The notes: a model not told the origin generated them from the letters alone. Counted from the first letter of the stretch, positions 1-16,182 are shown. The stretch is DNA of 64,000 nucleotides from Eledone cirrhosa (GCA_964016885.1 OZ024741.1:261826001-261890000); one strand, 5' to 3'. Program-made: numbers and translations.

Positions 1-94
1 TGTTATCACTGAAAGACAAAGATGACGATTTAAAAGTATATATATATATACAATGATATTAAATAAATAGAAACTATATTTATAAAACCATATT

Positions 95-155
95 TATTCT
101 ATTATATATATTTCAAGGGTACCAACATTTTGGTACGCTATCATCAGATAAAATA
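95..155 (-). ncRNA. Minimal type I hammerhead ribozyme in PLE tail
   Basis: Minus strand: stem I tattttat/atagaata, CUGAUGA, stem II containing gtacca/tggtac, GAAA, palindromic tatata stem III, AUA site. A degenerate mirror copy lies at ~2678-2738. Confidence 0.75.
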
Positions 156-1647
156 CGAAGTGTGTTTTATAAATTTTGACATAACCAAGGGTAATATACC
201 TTAACGGTTCAAGTTTTCCTTGGATAGTGAAGGGATAAGAAAAGAAAAGTCAGATATTTCAAATTATTACGATGATTATGCAAATGAGGTTTAGGTAAAA
301 GGGCTGAAAAAAAACGTTATTTTAGACGCTATGGAAAATTTTAATAATTATAAGTTATTGTATGCGTAGGAAAGAAGAGAATGGAAGAAGAGCTAGCATT
401 AACGTTAATTTTGGGGAAAAAAGTGGAATATGATTCCAGAGTTTAAATTTAAATTTATTTACCTATATTATGAGTTATAATTTTGTATATATAATCAATT
501 AGATTATATGAAGAATTATGGTTGTAAGTATTTTTATCTTATTACAATACGATAGGTTATATGTATAAAAATATCTATATAGATTAATAATTGCGTATAT
601 AGATATTTTTATAGATATTTTAGTATTATAGGGATAGAGATAATTTACAATTATTAGTTGTTTATATATCAAATTTGAGTTACGAAGGACGTTGATTTTG
701 TATTTTACTTAAAAATAGGTAGTTCAAGTTGTGAGAGTAGAACAATTTGTCGATTCAAAAATGTTGTTCAACATTGAAAATGTTTTCAGAATATTGTTAA
801 TTTAGCGAAGTTATATAGATTATCAAACGTAATATGAGTGTCATTTAAAGATTATCAATCTACATCTAAAAAATATATTTAGAGGGATGTCCTTAGAAAA
901 ATAATGTCAGAATTAAAAATAATGTCAGAATTAAAATAATTTCAGAATTAAAATATTAAATATATATATTAAAAATATTATAAATATTAGAGATATTAAA
1001 AAATTTAGAAATATTAAAAATATTTTTAAAATATTAACAATATTAAAAATTTACATTTAAATTTTTAAAAAGGTAGGATCATTTTGAAGGTGTATAGGAA
1101 TATTATAAATTAAAAATAGTTCTGAACGTGGAATTTTGGCGATGTCTGCAAGAAGAAAATAATTCTGTTCTGAGATTAATAAAGTTTTGACAGTTAATTA
1201 TATAAACAATTTCTTCGATACACAATTTACAGAATCTTGATAAGGCCACATTTCGGTATGCAGGTGCTTTCGAAATCGTTCTCCAAGATATTGAATAGTC
1301 TATATTGTTGTCTTTTAAATTCCAAATTAAATATCAATGTGAAGTAGAAGATTTTTTATCAGATCTCTTAAATGTATGATTATGGTTATTCCAGCGTTTT
1401 TTAAATTTTGTTGAAGTGGCACCAACATAGTTAAACCTTTTGTCTCTAGTGTATTCACTGTGCATTTAAAAACTACGTTTTCGTCTAAACAATTATTTTG
1501 TAAAGGGCAATTTGATTTGATTCTACAGTTACATTTACTGGAGTTATTGTTGTGCAGAACGGTACTATTATTCTGAATATTTTTGTTAGAAATATTATTA
1601 TTGCTATTTTGATTAGTTTGGTTAGGGTTTAAATGTAAGTTTCTATT

Positions 1648-1838
1648 AGTGGATTGGCAGTATTGGTAGAGGGTCGGACGCCACGCTTTGACGTATAGAG
1701 TTACGGGCCTTGCCATTCTGAGTTCAAATCCCGCCAAGGTTAACTTTGCTTTTAATCCTTACGGGGTCGATAAAATAAAGTACCAGTAATGCACTGGGTA
1801 ATTGCTGGCCTTGTGCCTAAAGTAGGAACAATTATTAA
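1648..1838 (+). mobile_element. tRNA-derived SINE inserted in the Penelope element
   Basis: A-box-like tggcagtattgg and B-box gttcaaatcc. Body (ctttgccttt.atcctt.cggggtcgataaaataaagtacc) recurs at least five times in the window. Confidence 0.85.
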
Positions 1839-2876
1839 TTCTATTTATATTTTGTGCTATGTTCATTGTAGTAGAGTAGGATAGTTTTATAGTGTGTCTG
1901 TTAAAAATAGAGTGGTATCTGTGGGCTTTAGGAAAACATTTATCTAGTGCTTTAAAGAATAGCTTTGCTAAATGTGTTTTAACGCTTAATGAGAATGGGA
2001 GAGGGTACTAAATAATATTTCTAGTTCTAGTTTTTTTATTTAGTTTAGTTTTTAAGTTAATACTAGGATGATATATCATGTTATTGTTATCTATGTATTT
2101 AATTCTCTTTGAGTATCCTGCTCTAAGTAAAGCTTCATTATAATATTCAGCCTTATCATCAAAAATATTTTTATTAGCGGAGATGCCTGAAATCCGTTGT
2201 TGGACGCTATTGACAATAGTGTTTTTAATACTTCTAGGATGATTAGAATTGAAACTTACATAATTTAGATTTTCGTTAATTTTATGGAATGGATAGTAGA
2301 GACCTGTGCTAAGGTTTAAGGTTATATTTAAGAAGTTAACGATTTTGTAGTTATTCTCTATTTCTAAATTAAGATTGTAGTTGTTGAATAATTGTATTAT
2401 GTATTTTCTGTTTCTATTAATTTCACTATTTTTATGGTTTTCAATTAAAAGCAACATATCATCACGATATAAACCTCCGGTCATCTCTGGCATTTTTCTA
2501 TGCAGTACATTATTAATAAATAATCCAACAAGGTCTGTTAGTTGCGCCGAGTCAGATGATCCCATAGTGATATCAAAATTGTTTTTTCTGTCGGCTCTTG
2601 TCCAGATCTTATCCCTTCACTATCCAAAGAAAACTTGAACCATTAAGGTTATGTCAAAATTTATGAAACACACTTCGTATTTTATCTGATGATAGCGTAC
2701 CAAAATGTTGGTACCCTTAGAATATATATAGTAGAATAAATAGAGTTTCATAAATATAGTTTCCATTTATTTAATATCATTGTATATTATACTCCAGAAA
2801 ACTTGTCGAGTGCTCTGAATCACTTATAAACATTTATATTTGTTGAATTACCAACAAATTGAATATCCCTTCTGCT

Positions 2877-2914
<38 letters not shown>

Positions 2915-2937
2915 GATATATGTATGTGTTTTATATA

Positions 2938-3052
2938 TATAATTGTTTCTACTTTTTGGCACAAGGCCAGCAATTACCCAGTGCATTACTGGTACTTTAT
3001 TTTATCGACACCGTAAGGATGAAAGGCAAAGTTAACCTCGGCGGGATTCGAT
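2938..3052 (-). mobile_element. tRNA-derived SINE, 5'-truncated copy
   Basis: Reverse complement of the 3' part of 1648-1838. Confidence 0.8.
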
Positions 3053-3254
3053 AATTGTATGTAGATTATATATATAGGTATAAATATTATTATTACTATT
3101 ATTATATATATATAATAATAGTAATAATAATATTTATACTTATATATATAATCTATATACAATTATAAATAAGATAAGGGTAATATTTTGTATTACCCAG
3201 TTACCAGCAAGAAAATTAGCTCAATGGAAAATATCTATAAGATATACTACAGAG

Positions 3255-3940
3255 CAGAAATACAACATAGATAACAATCAAATTTTTGTTTAATGCAGTA
3301 AAGTATTATACAAAGTTTATAAAGTTTATGTACAAAATGTTAATATCTACAGCTTTATAGCTTACCAAAACTGTATACTTGCCAAAACTCTATACTTATT
3401 GCTTACACATGCCACAACTACAGATATTAACATTTTCTACATAAACTTTATAAACTTTTTATAATACTTTTTGCATAAATATCTTTGCCGATAACTAATT
3501 CATCCTTTATTACTTATAATATATAACACCTATATGTATGCTATCACTACATAATTATCTTACCTTATTGCATGTTCTATGCTATTACTTATATTCTTGG
3601 TATGATACTCTTGATATATTAATTTTTAGGTAATATTCCTTGCATGTATCATATAGCTTCAAATCAGCTTCTTTTTATAATACTTTGCAATGCTTTGCTG
3701 TCTTTTCATTCGCTCTTTTCTTTTGCTCTTATTCTTCAGTATATTGTAACTGATACTAATAATATAATTAGTCTTCTCAAATATCATGTATCTTAATAAA
3801 TGTTCTAAGGATTAGGAATTTATTTATTTGTTTTAACATTGTATATGCTCCGATGATTCCAGACATTTGTCTGGAAGAAATGATCGTTAGTTATTAAATG
3901 CATTAAACAAAAATTTGATTGTTTTCTATGATGTATATAC
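3255..3940 (+). mobile_element. PLE tail remnant with inverted segments and a decayed hammerhead
   Basis: 3262-3297 is inverted to ~3897-3936 and ~3293-3348 is inverted to ~3422-3476. At ~3850-3890: ccgatga-ttccagac/gtctggaa-gaaa-tgatcg-tt. Confidence 0.5.
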
Positions 3941-3964
3941 ATACATGTGTGTGTGTGTGGGGAG

Positions 3965-6500
<2,536 letters not shown>

Positions 6501-6875
6501 GTTTACATATACATAAAGTTATAGATATGTGTTGCAACCGGTCACTTTTTGGCTGTATGAAGAATTAATAAATTAAATAATCAGAGCAATATATCATAAA
6601 TCATGTCCTTAGAATTATTAGATAAAATATATACCATTTCCTCTCCCAATTAGCATAATTAACCATATAAAAAATCAATTAGACCAAGCTATAAGAATAA
6701 AGGCTCTTATGAAGAAATCTCCGACAAATAACCGAAAGTGGCCTCTTCGCGGTGGCCCCAATAGAGTATTTATCCAACATTTCGACAGCATGTAGAAACT
6801 GACTAAATATACCATCAACCATACACAATTAGGTGTAAATTCAAACTTAGAAGAAATGTGTACATACCGTAATTA

Positions 6876-6955
6876 TATCTCTACCATGGTTTCATCCGTA
6901 TTTTTAGACATCCAATTAATAGGAAATGTCCAGAGTTAGGATTCATCAGGAGATA
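6876..6955 (-). ncRNA. Intact-looking minimal type I hammerhead ribozyme in a PLE-like tail (~6560-7500)
   Basis: Minus strand: tatctc-CUGAUGA-atcc...ggat-GAAAC-catg-GUA-gagata. Perfect 6-bp stem I and palindromic accatggt stem III. Confidence 0.85.
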
Positions 6956-7579
6956 AACTCAAAATTAGACATTTAGTTTTCCAACGTGATCGCGCCAATA
7001 TTATATTCAAAAATGGCTAAGAATCTCAATGTGGCAGTGGTCAAGATAGAATGTACATGGGGGGGTTCTTCCATGTATATGAAGAAATATAAGGCAATAA
7101 ATGAAGAAAACATAAAATAAATAATAAATAGAGAATAAAGAATAAATGAAAAATTGGTGAAAAAGTAATGAAAATGAATATGGAGAAGTGAAAAATTAAA
7201 TGAAGATTCAAATAAAGCAGCATAAAGTGTGTCTGTGCTATAACCAATCTCAAGGTCAGGAATATGTTGGATAGATTGGTATGAGGAACAAGATGTTAAA
7301 ATAATAAAAGAATAACACAATCAAACAGAATGTGTTTGTCTTATAATCAATCTCAACTTAAAAATAAATATAAGGTGATACAGTGAAGAGAACAGAAAAC
7401 AAATAACAAATTAATAAAGAGAAATCAAGATTTAAAATTGAAAATTGAAAATCAGAAATCAAGTAAATTAAAATGTGTTTGTGTTATATAGATGTTGGCC
7501 AAATTATAATGGCTGTGTCCGATTCAATCTCTAGGCTATCATGGTGTCTGCTCAGCCAGGGTTGTTCCCTATGGCTTGA

Positions 7580-7825
7580 GGGGAGTTCTCAACCTATGGT
7601 GACCTAGTATACGGCTGTAGGGTTAAAACCCCCAACTCTGAACATCTCTACATAGGAGCCACATCAACGAGCTTTAAAGACCGCTGGTACAACCATCGCT
7701 ATTCATTCAATAAGGAGGCCAAAAGGAAAAGCACGGCTCTCTCCGACCTGATCTGGAAGCTTAAGCTGGACAGGACCCCGTACTCTCTGGCCTGGTACAT
7801 AATCAGACGTGGGCAGAAATATGGA
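7580..7825 (+). mobile_element. Penelope (Naiad-like) GIY-YIG endonuclease fragment
   Basis: Translates DLVYGCRVKTPNSEHLYIGATSTSFKDRWYNHRYSFNKEAKRKSTALSDLIWKLK, clearly similar to the endonuclease at 26322-26882. Confidence 0.85.
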
Positions 7826-10800
7826 ACTGAGGCCAGAGAGCACTCCATGGCCCCATTAAGAAGCGACGACTACACACTCGTCCCAAGTTATTGTGGCCAG
7901 AGACTCGTAAAGATCAGGGTGACCCACGTTCCACCGGCCATCGAAATTCCCTGGCTAATGGCTGCCGTCCTCCCCGGCATCGAGGCCAACATCAAAATAA
8001 TAGAAATAGCAAAAGAAAAGCAGGAGAACTGGTCCGGATCTGGGATGGAGCTCCTGATCGAAGCGGACCAAAAAAGCATTGAGGAGATCCCAGAGATAAT
8101 AGACCTCACTGACAGCAACAACCTCACCGTAATAGTCGAGGGTAGAAGGCCTAGGTGTGTCGTTTGTGGTGAAGGAACCTACCTAAGGGCTTTCTGCCCA
8201 CAGGCTAAAACGTTGAGGCCACCTCTCTTATCCACCCCAGTCACTCAACCATCAACACCACAAGCAGAAGAAATGGCAGCAACAACTGTAGCAGCAACAA
8301 CCCCAGCAACAGTAGCAAAACCACCACCACCACCACCCAACGCGCCAGAACTAGCACCAGCGCCTACACCATCCACCACGCCACAACCAAAACCAACGCC
8401 TATGGAGGATTTTCCACTCTCCGACCTATCGCAACTGGAGACAGATTGTGACGACGAGGAGTGGGAAACGGTATCAGGAAAAATGAAAAAAAAGAAAAAG
8501 AAGCCAAAAAAGAAAAAAAATCCCCTTCCTTCCCCCTCCAAAAACAAAATACAGAAGGAAACAAATAAACTATCAAACAAAAAAGTTAGGACAGCTATGC
8601 CACCATCCACACCAGCATCACCAACCCCATCACCACAAACACCAACACCATCACCATCATTAACCCCAACACAACCATTACCAACACCACAAAAGTCATC
8701 AAAAAGCGAAACAGAAACAAACTCACATCAAACGCAAACAAAACAAAACAACCAAAACGATACACACTACACAGCATTAAATTTGAACAACAACCAACTA
8801 TTACACTACATCCAGCACAACACCAGCATCACAGAAAAAGACTACACAACACCCCAAAAGTTCACACCACCTCTACACATACAAATCACTCGCATCACAC
8901 AGAGAACGTACACGACACTAAAACAAAAATTCCCCAAAGACATCGGAGACTTCCGACAAGCACTCTCCAGGAGGATTTATAAGGACATCCTTACGGAGGA
9001 AGCCACAAGCAGTGAAAAGGATGGAGAAACCATCCTTCCTCTACGAGAAGTAAGGTAAGTGGTCTATCCCATCTTTTCCACTCCATTTCAACATGACCTC
9101 ACTCAGAATAGGCAGCATAAATGAGCGTGGCTTGGGGTCGTCATGGCGACAGGGCCACCTGCTCAACGACCTGAGGTCACTAAATATAGATGTAGTGGCC
9201 ATCAGCGAGACCAGAATCTCCGAAGCACGGGTCTTCGCAAGGATCTTCGGAGGCTACGATGTGTACGCATCTTCCAGCCGTCCTGGATCAGGGGGGGGGG
9301 GGGGGAATTGCTGTGCTTTTTCGGAGAGGTTTGGATCTCGCCATACGGGCCATCTTCCTGGACACAGTAGGTAAGTTGGTGGTGCTGGACGTGACCAGCG
9401 GAGACGGGCCAGCTTTAAGGCTAGTGGCCGTCTATGCCCCGACAGGAGCAGGGCGGCCTGATTTCTTCCGGCGTCTGGAGACTTTTCTTGGAACGTCCCG
9501 CTCTTTATTGTTAGTGGGCAACTGGAACGGGATCTTAGATGCACGCTGGCACTTGTAGGATTAGCGAATAGGGGAAGATGGTGCAATAGCCTCACCAACC
9601 TTCTCAGGCGTTTTGAACTGTCTGACAGGTACCGATTGGATTTCCCGAATGCGCCAATGTGGACTTGGACAAACAGCATCGGGTCATCCAGATCATATCT
9701 AGATAGAGTATTTTGTAGGGAAATAGATAGGTCTAGCATAGGCTGTCCATAATTAAAGATACTCAGCTACACGAACCACAAATTCGTGATCTGTGTGGTT
9801 GACTTAGAATGGCTTCATAGACGAGGACCCGGCTACTGGAAGCTAAACGCGTCCTTACCAGCGCGCAAGGCCTACAGAGACCGGATTACCGAAATAGTTA
9901 AGCGGGCGTTGACGGGGGCCATCGTCAACAACTGAAAAGAGGGATTAGAATAGAGTCCATTAGGTTTAGTAAGGCTTTAGCAATAGAGAAAAATAGAGCA
10001 GAGGGAGAACTAGTTAGAAAATTAGACGAGGCGCTTAGCAAAGGCATCGCGACCGACGTACTTGCGGCGAAATTGGCCATTGACCAATTCTTCAATGCAA
10101 AGCACGAAGGCTGCGTTGTCAGAGCTAGGGTGTGTGCTCTCAGACACGAGGGGACGAAAGCCGTTCAATGGGCCTGAGTGGCGGAGGAGCGTCGTGGCAT
10201 CAAAGCCACGATCCGGTCTTTGGTGATCCACGACGGGCACATGCTACTCGATCCCGGGAAAATGTGTGAAGCTTTTCAGCGACACTTCGCTCAACTGTTC
10301 GGGGGCAGCAGCCGGCCGGATCGGGGGATGGACTTTAGTGTCTACCTCGACGGACTGCCGCGGCTCTCGGCCACTGAGGCGGAGTTTTGCGAAAAGCCGA
10401 TAACAGCCGGTGAAGTACGGGAGGCAATGACTGGCTGTACAAAGGGTAAATCACCTGGTTTGAATGGTCTGCCTTATGATCTTTATGTACAGATGCTAGA
10501 CTTGTTCGGTGGCCTCTTGGCGGACGTCTACTGAAACTGGCAACAGAACGGGAGAATTCCCTGCTCTGTGAGCCGAGGAGCGGTGGCGCTGCTGAGAAAG
10601 GATCCGAACAAGGGGGATAACATAGATAATTTCAGGCCCATAACTCTGCTAAACACAGGGTTCAAGATTTTGGCCAAGGTGTTAGCAAAGAGATTGGTGC
10701 TTGTCGTTGGTGGTCTGGTGGGAGAGGCGCAGACATGCGCCATTCCGACTGATCCATCCACGACAACCTCCACCTCATGCAATACATCGTGGAGAGGGTA

Positions 10801-12700
10801 GCTAGGGAACCTGGCACGAGTGGATCTTTGATCAATTTAGATCAGTTGAAAGCTTTCGATAGGGTCGACCATCGTTACCTGGCGGCAGTCCTGAGGGCGG
10901 CTGGCTTTGGGCACGTCTTCAGAGGCTGAATCGCTGCCATGCACAGCGACATCTGCTCTGTGGTGAGAGTGAACGGTCACCTTTCAGAACCGTTCAACAT
11001 CATGCGCTCGGTCCGCCAAGGATGTCCCCTCTCGTCCCTCTTGTACGTATTGACTCTCGAGCCATTACTGCACAAACTGGAGAAGTTAAGGGGGTTCCCG
11101 CGCGAACTAGGATGCGGAAAGATCCATGTCAGCATATGCGGACCATGTCACCGTAGTGGTGTCGAACGCCAAACACATCGAGGTGATCGGCACTACACTA
11201 AGAGAATACGAAGCGGTGACAGGAACAATGATCAACCAGGAAAAGTCAGTGGGACTGCAGCTCGGCACCTGAAGAGGCAGGTCCATGCCGTCCAACAGCG
11301 TGGTCGGCCGCTGGACGGACGGACCGGTTAAATTGCTAGGGCTCTGGCTCTGTCCGGACCTCCAGACGGACAAAAACTGGGACGAGGTGACGAGCAGGGT
11401 GGCTTCTCTCACCCAGAAATGGGCGGAGAGGAAGCTATACCTGAAAGGTCGAGCGGAGGTGGCTAACGCGTACATCGCGTCCGTCATCTACTACCGCCTG
11501 ACCGTCGTACCTTGTCCTAAGCCCCGCCTGACTGCGCTGGAGCGTTTGCTCTTTCGCTTTTTGAGGAAGGGACGCGCTCCCATGGTCAGGCGGTCCATCT
11601 GCTGTCAACACCCGCTACGTGGAGGGGTGGGCATGCCGTGGCTGATGATGCGCAGACACGCGCTCAGGCTACGAGATCTCCACCTCTTCCTCGACGGTGA
11701 TCAGGTGTAGTCGCCATTTGCTAGACGCGTCTTTCCCCAGCTCGTCTCCTTGACGGAGCTGCAGTCCTGGGTCAAGCGAAGACCGAGAGGGAGCGCTTGG
11801 AGACTGGAATGTCTTCAGGCGCTCACAGCCCTCGACCAATCGGGCAATGTGATCGGTGGAAACTCAACCTTGGCGTTCTATAGAGGTTTAGTGGAGGGGA
11901 AGAGGGGTGACGTGCTTGGGAAAACTCTAGGCGTCGACGAAAATCAACTAGCCAATCTCTTCGGAAGAACTTTCGGGCCTGGGCATATGGACAACTTCCA
12001 GAAATCCCTGGCCTGGCAATGCTACCGAGGAGCTTTGCTAGTTCGGAATAAACTCTACAGGCATGGAGGTGCCGTCAGCCGGGCATGTCCGAGATGCGCG
12101 CAGGGCGACGAAACCGTCCTGCACGCACTCGTCCAGTGTCTGAGCATTGCTGACTTGTGGGTTTATGTCGAACACCTGCTGTCGCGTGTAGGACGGATTC
12201 AGCTATCAGCTGAGTCCATCATGAGGATTGCCCCGTCCTCTCCCTTTAGCCTGGAAGGGCAGGCAATTTTTATCTGTCGGGTGGCCATGGCGAAAGAGAT
12301 AGTATGGTGGACGCGTTTGAAAAGGCTGAAGTCGAGCACTTACCTCTTCGGTGATGCCCTGATTAACTTTTTCAAATTTCATTTAAAAAGGAAAATCAAG
12401 GTAGAGAAGGAAGTGCTCTCTTCCCAGCATTTTGTTGGAAGATGGGTGAGAGAAGCAAGAATGGCCCGTTCAAATGGGCCTAATCTGAGTATGTGCCTAT
12501 AAATTGAAGGTGGAAAACTGGGAGGGGGCACTTGCCCTGGTGGTCAGGGTCACCGTGGGTTTTTTAAATGGGCTTTCTCCACGAATGTCCCTCGGAAGTC
12601 TCCCCTCTATTAGAGAATTTTTCGTTGTTTCTTTTTTGGGGCTGATTACTAACTAACTATAGCAGTGGTGTTAGACCCCCTGTAAAGCCGGCTTCATAAA
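7825..12700 (+). mobile_element. L1/Tx1-clade non-LTR retrotransposon, slightly 5'-truncated and decayed
   Basis: ORF1 7847-9058 has a degenerate zinc knuckle (CVVC...C) and a P/T/K-rich tail. ORF2 ~9093-12502 has an APE endonuclease (GSINERGL, VAISET), RT (FRPITLLN, RQGCPLS) and C-terminal CPRC...ETVLHALVQC, broken by several stops and frameshifts. Confidence 0.92.
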
Positions 12701-13320
12701 AATTCTTTCACTACAATCTCGTATTTAGTATTTTTCTCCACCTATTAAACTTTTCTATAGCTTAGCAATACCAATGAGAGATTTGGTGATTGTGGAAATG
12801 GAGTAGTAACCAGAAATTGTTTTTTATATATTTATTTCCTTATTTTTATAAGGGTTTTTTTGTTTACTCCCTTTCGATTTACCTATTCTTTCAACCGCCC
12901 CCTTCCCCTTCTCCAGTACACTTTTTACGACCTTCTATTCACTATCCTTAGAATCTGCTGTATAGATTTCTCTTTCAACGCTTGACTGGGTTTCCCCCCA
13001 CTCCCTCTTTGTTCTACCGGCAAGTTCAGCCACCCCTACCTCCCACTAAATGCCATGATAGATTCATCTGTCTTTACAACAAATGTTTGACCATCCTTTT
13101 GACAATTATTATCTTCCCATATTAATTATTAATTACCCCTGAGAAGTTCGGCTATTTATTTACCAGGCTAAAAATTCTTATTTAGTCCAGAATTAGCCGT
13201 CGAAACGGCTTAAGCTCTGCCGTCGGGGTCATACTTGTTCCTATTACCCACTCTACTACCCTAAGTATTGAGTACTTTGGTGCGTTATGGTCCATCTGGT
13301 TCCTTACCACATTTCCTTCG

Positions 13321-13322
<2 letters not shown>
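12700..13322 (+). mobile_element. PLE-type 3' tail with decayed hammerhead (~13133-13231), ending at (TA)n
   Basis: ctga-gaag core with one base apparently lost, stem II cggcta/tagccg, GAAAC-ggc...gcc-GUC-ggggt. Confidence 0.55.
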
Positions 13323-13359
<37 letters not shown>

Positions 13360-13362
<3 letters not shown>

Positions 13363-13710
13363 TCATCATCACCGTTTTACGTCCATTCTTCCACGCTAGC
13401 ATGGGTTAGACGGGTTGTCCTGTTGTCGGCAGTGCTTGGTCGGCTGACCTTGTCTTGCTCATACGGGAACTGATTTTGGCTTGATTTCTACAGCTGGATG
13501 CCCTTCCTAATACCAACCTCATTTACAGTGAGTGCTGGGCGCTTCTTTTCTGTGGCGCCTACACGACCACTTTACAGTGTGGGCTGGATGCTTTTTTGCC
13601 ATGGCACCTCCACGACAACTTTGCAGTGGGAGGGGATGGGGGCATATTGTCTATATGCTTCAGCTTTGGGTTGTTCCCGTGGGATGTCGGGCTTCTGTAT
13701 TACTGTGTGC
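13360..13710 (-). mobile_element. RTE-tailed SINE / non-autonomous element
   Basis: Near-identical inverted copy at 18155-18510. Its 3' end ...gacgtaaaacggt(gat)n resembles the RTE 3' end near 19240. Confidence 0.75.
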
Positions 13711-14130
13711 GTAAGCTGATATGATTGTGGCAATTGCTTTATTCAGGATTAGTCTGAGTTTAATGATTCTTGCATTCACCCTGTTCACTGAGCTTACCTT
13801 ATCAACCCATTTGTCAGCTAGTAGGATAACTACACCACCCATCCTGTTGTCATTTCCCACCCAGAAAAATTTGTAGCACTGATTTTTGCCTACAAGGATT
13901 CTAGCGGACTCCCCTCTCCATCTAGTCTCTTGCACACAGCATACATCAATTTCCTTTTGCTCTAGCATCTTTACGATTTCTCCTGCTCTTCCTTTCATTG
14001 TGCTTACATTTGTGGTTCCAACTCGGAGTTTTGGACATTTGTCATCACTCGTAGGATGGGGTGAATTTTTGCGAAGGGTGTGTATGTGTCCTGTCTCTGA
14101 ATTAAAGCTTCGCATGGGTGCTTGGTAACT
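13710..14130 (-). mobile_element. RTE-clade LINE endonuclease fragment
   Basis: LRVGTTNVSTM...DVCCVQETRW...IISAYA. Confidence 0.85.
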
Positions 14131-14280
14131 CGCGGATTCATATTTATTTATTAATTTGGGGTGGTTCCATTTATCCTCAGCTCATCCATAGATATCAGTA
14201 AAAGAAATATTTAGTGCAAGGCTAGAAGGACAGTAGTAGTAATGGCAGAGTTGGTTGGGGCTGGTAAGGGCTAGGAGTGC

Positions 14281-14335
<55 letters not shown>

Positions 14336-14824
14336 ATGGCAGTACTTGGGGCTGATAATGGGTTGAGGTTTGATTGGTCGAACGAATAGCCTATGGTGGT
14401 GAGTGGGGGTGGATGGCAGGGAAATTGTGAGATAGGTAGCCATCACGGTGTATATCATCATAGGAGATTTGAGGAAAATAAGCCGGTGTAAGTAGGCAAA
14501 TTGGACAAGGCCAATATGCGAAGGTTTCGAAGATGGTCACCTAGCTTCGTAAACATCGAAATGAATGTATGAGAGAAGAGGGAGGTGATAACGAGGGTTA
14601 GGGATGACTTTCGTAGAGAGAGAAGCATAGTGATCAATGTGGTGTATTTCGAAAACAGGGTCGAAATACATAAGTTCTGGCAACAGTGACTGATAATAAT
14701 AATAATAATTACGATGTGCACGGGACATTTTGAAAAATCGAGGAAGAGAGATACCTGCAGGAGAGGAGAAATAATCTATGGACGACTGGGATAGGTTGAA
14801 AGTATTTAGGAATCCATGTAGTCC

Positions 14825-14979
14825 TTCAGTTGATTGAACGTTTGAAAGTATATACTTTCCTTATGCATATTAACGGCTGAGCAGCCTAATTTGCATATCG
14901 AGTGAGTTAGTCGGCCGGGCGTACCGAAAGTATATACTTTCAAACTGACAGGAAGTTATACGGTGCTGATGACAGCTAA
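14825..14979. mobile_element. Hammerhead repeat family, locus 1 left arm: inverted 5' segment plus 5' half of a hammerhead
   Basis: 14825-14929 is antisense to the family unit. 14928-14979 is sense and ends cggtg-ctgatga-cagctaa. Confidence 0.8.
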
Positions 14980-15383
14980 TCTCCTTATAATATATAACCA
15001 GCAATTTCTCTGTCTGTCTGTCCGACAGTGGAAACACGTGCGAGCGTGCGAATGTTTTTTGCGCACGCGTAGAGAGAGAGTGAGAGTGAAAGAAAGAGAC
15101 AGACTACGAGAGGGGGATAGCGGGAGGGGGAGAGAGAGAGAGAGTGAATAGACGCTAAAACACGTGCGCGCGTGCGAATCTTTTTTGCGCACGCGTAGAG
15201 AGAGAGTGAGAGTGAAAGAAAGAGACAGACTACAAAAGGGGGATAGCGGGAGGGAGAGAGGGGGGAATTGAGGAGTGCTACAGAAACATATATACATTTC
15301 TGTGTGTGTGTAATATATATATATATATACACACACAGAAATATATATATATACACACAGAAATATATATACATTTGTGTGTA

Positions 15384-15422
<39 letters not shown>

Positions 15423-16139
15423 GAAATATATATATATTTCCGTGTGTGCATATATATATATATATATATATTACACACACAGAAATGTATATATACACAC
15501 AGAAATATATATACATCCCTTAGCTACTGTAGTGTATCTGTTGCTATCTCTCTCTCCAGCTATCCCTCTCTTTTAGTCTGTCTGTTTCTCTCACTCTCAC
15601 TCTTTCTCTTTGTAACACACTAACATTCCTCCCCTCTATCGCTGTGACGAATGGGGAGATGGATGAGGAGGAGGAGGAGGAGAGAGTCACTTCGTCACTT
15701 CACCTCTGCCTTTCTTTCTCTCCCCTCTCACTCCCTCATTACGTACAGACATTAGGGCGGTGGATTGGCAGAAACTGTAGAGAGTCGGACATCATGCTTC
15801 ATAGCATGGAGTTACGTCCCTTTATGGTCTGAGTTCAAATACCGCCGAGGTTAACTTTGCCTTTCATCCTCACGGGGTCGATAAAATAAAGTACCAGTAA
15901 TGTACTGGGTAATTGCTGGCCTTGTGCCAAAAGTAGAAACAATTATTAGAAACATTGCTTCATTTTTACATATCTAAGCATTAGTAAAATAACTAATAAT
16001 TTCAAAAGTAATTTTTCAATTCCAATTGTTATGAACAGCAAAACATTAATAATAATGTTGTTCTAAGAAATATATATACATTTCTGTGTGTGTAATATAT
16101 ATATATACACACAGAAATATATATACATTTCTGTGTGTG

Positions 16140-16182
<43 letters not shown>

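Larger units (their letters stand above)
50..2785 (-). mobile_element. 5'-truncated Penelope-like retroelement (Naiad-like) with inverted tail copy at its 5' end
   Basis: RT fragment 2008-2620 (MGSSDSAQ...YRDD). Frameshifted GIY-YIG endonuclease ~1130-1550 with CNCx5CPL linker, CKLC..E and CRH. Long AT-rich 3' tail. Segment ~50-190 is an inverted repeat of ~2648-2785. Confidence 0.88.

Noticed and set aside
1130-1560. Selenocysteine recoding as reported for some Naiad PLEs
   Set aside because: The conserved Cys positions I could read here and at 26322-26882 use TGT/TGC. I saw no in-frame TGA at those sites and did not identify a SECIS.
1648-1740. tRNA gene
   Set aside because: A/B boxes are present but there is no intact cloverleaf. 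It is the head of a multi-copy SINE.
14130-14820. Possible further host exon or PLE tail on the minus strand
   Set aside because: No convincing splice pair with a domain-like translation and no recognisable ribozyme core. Left unassigned.
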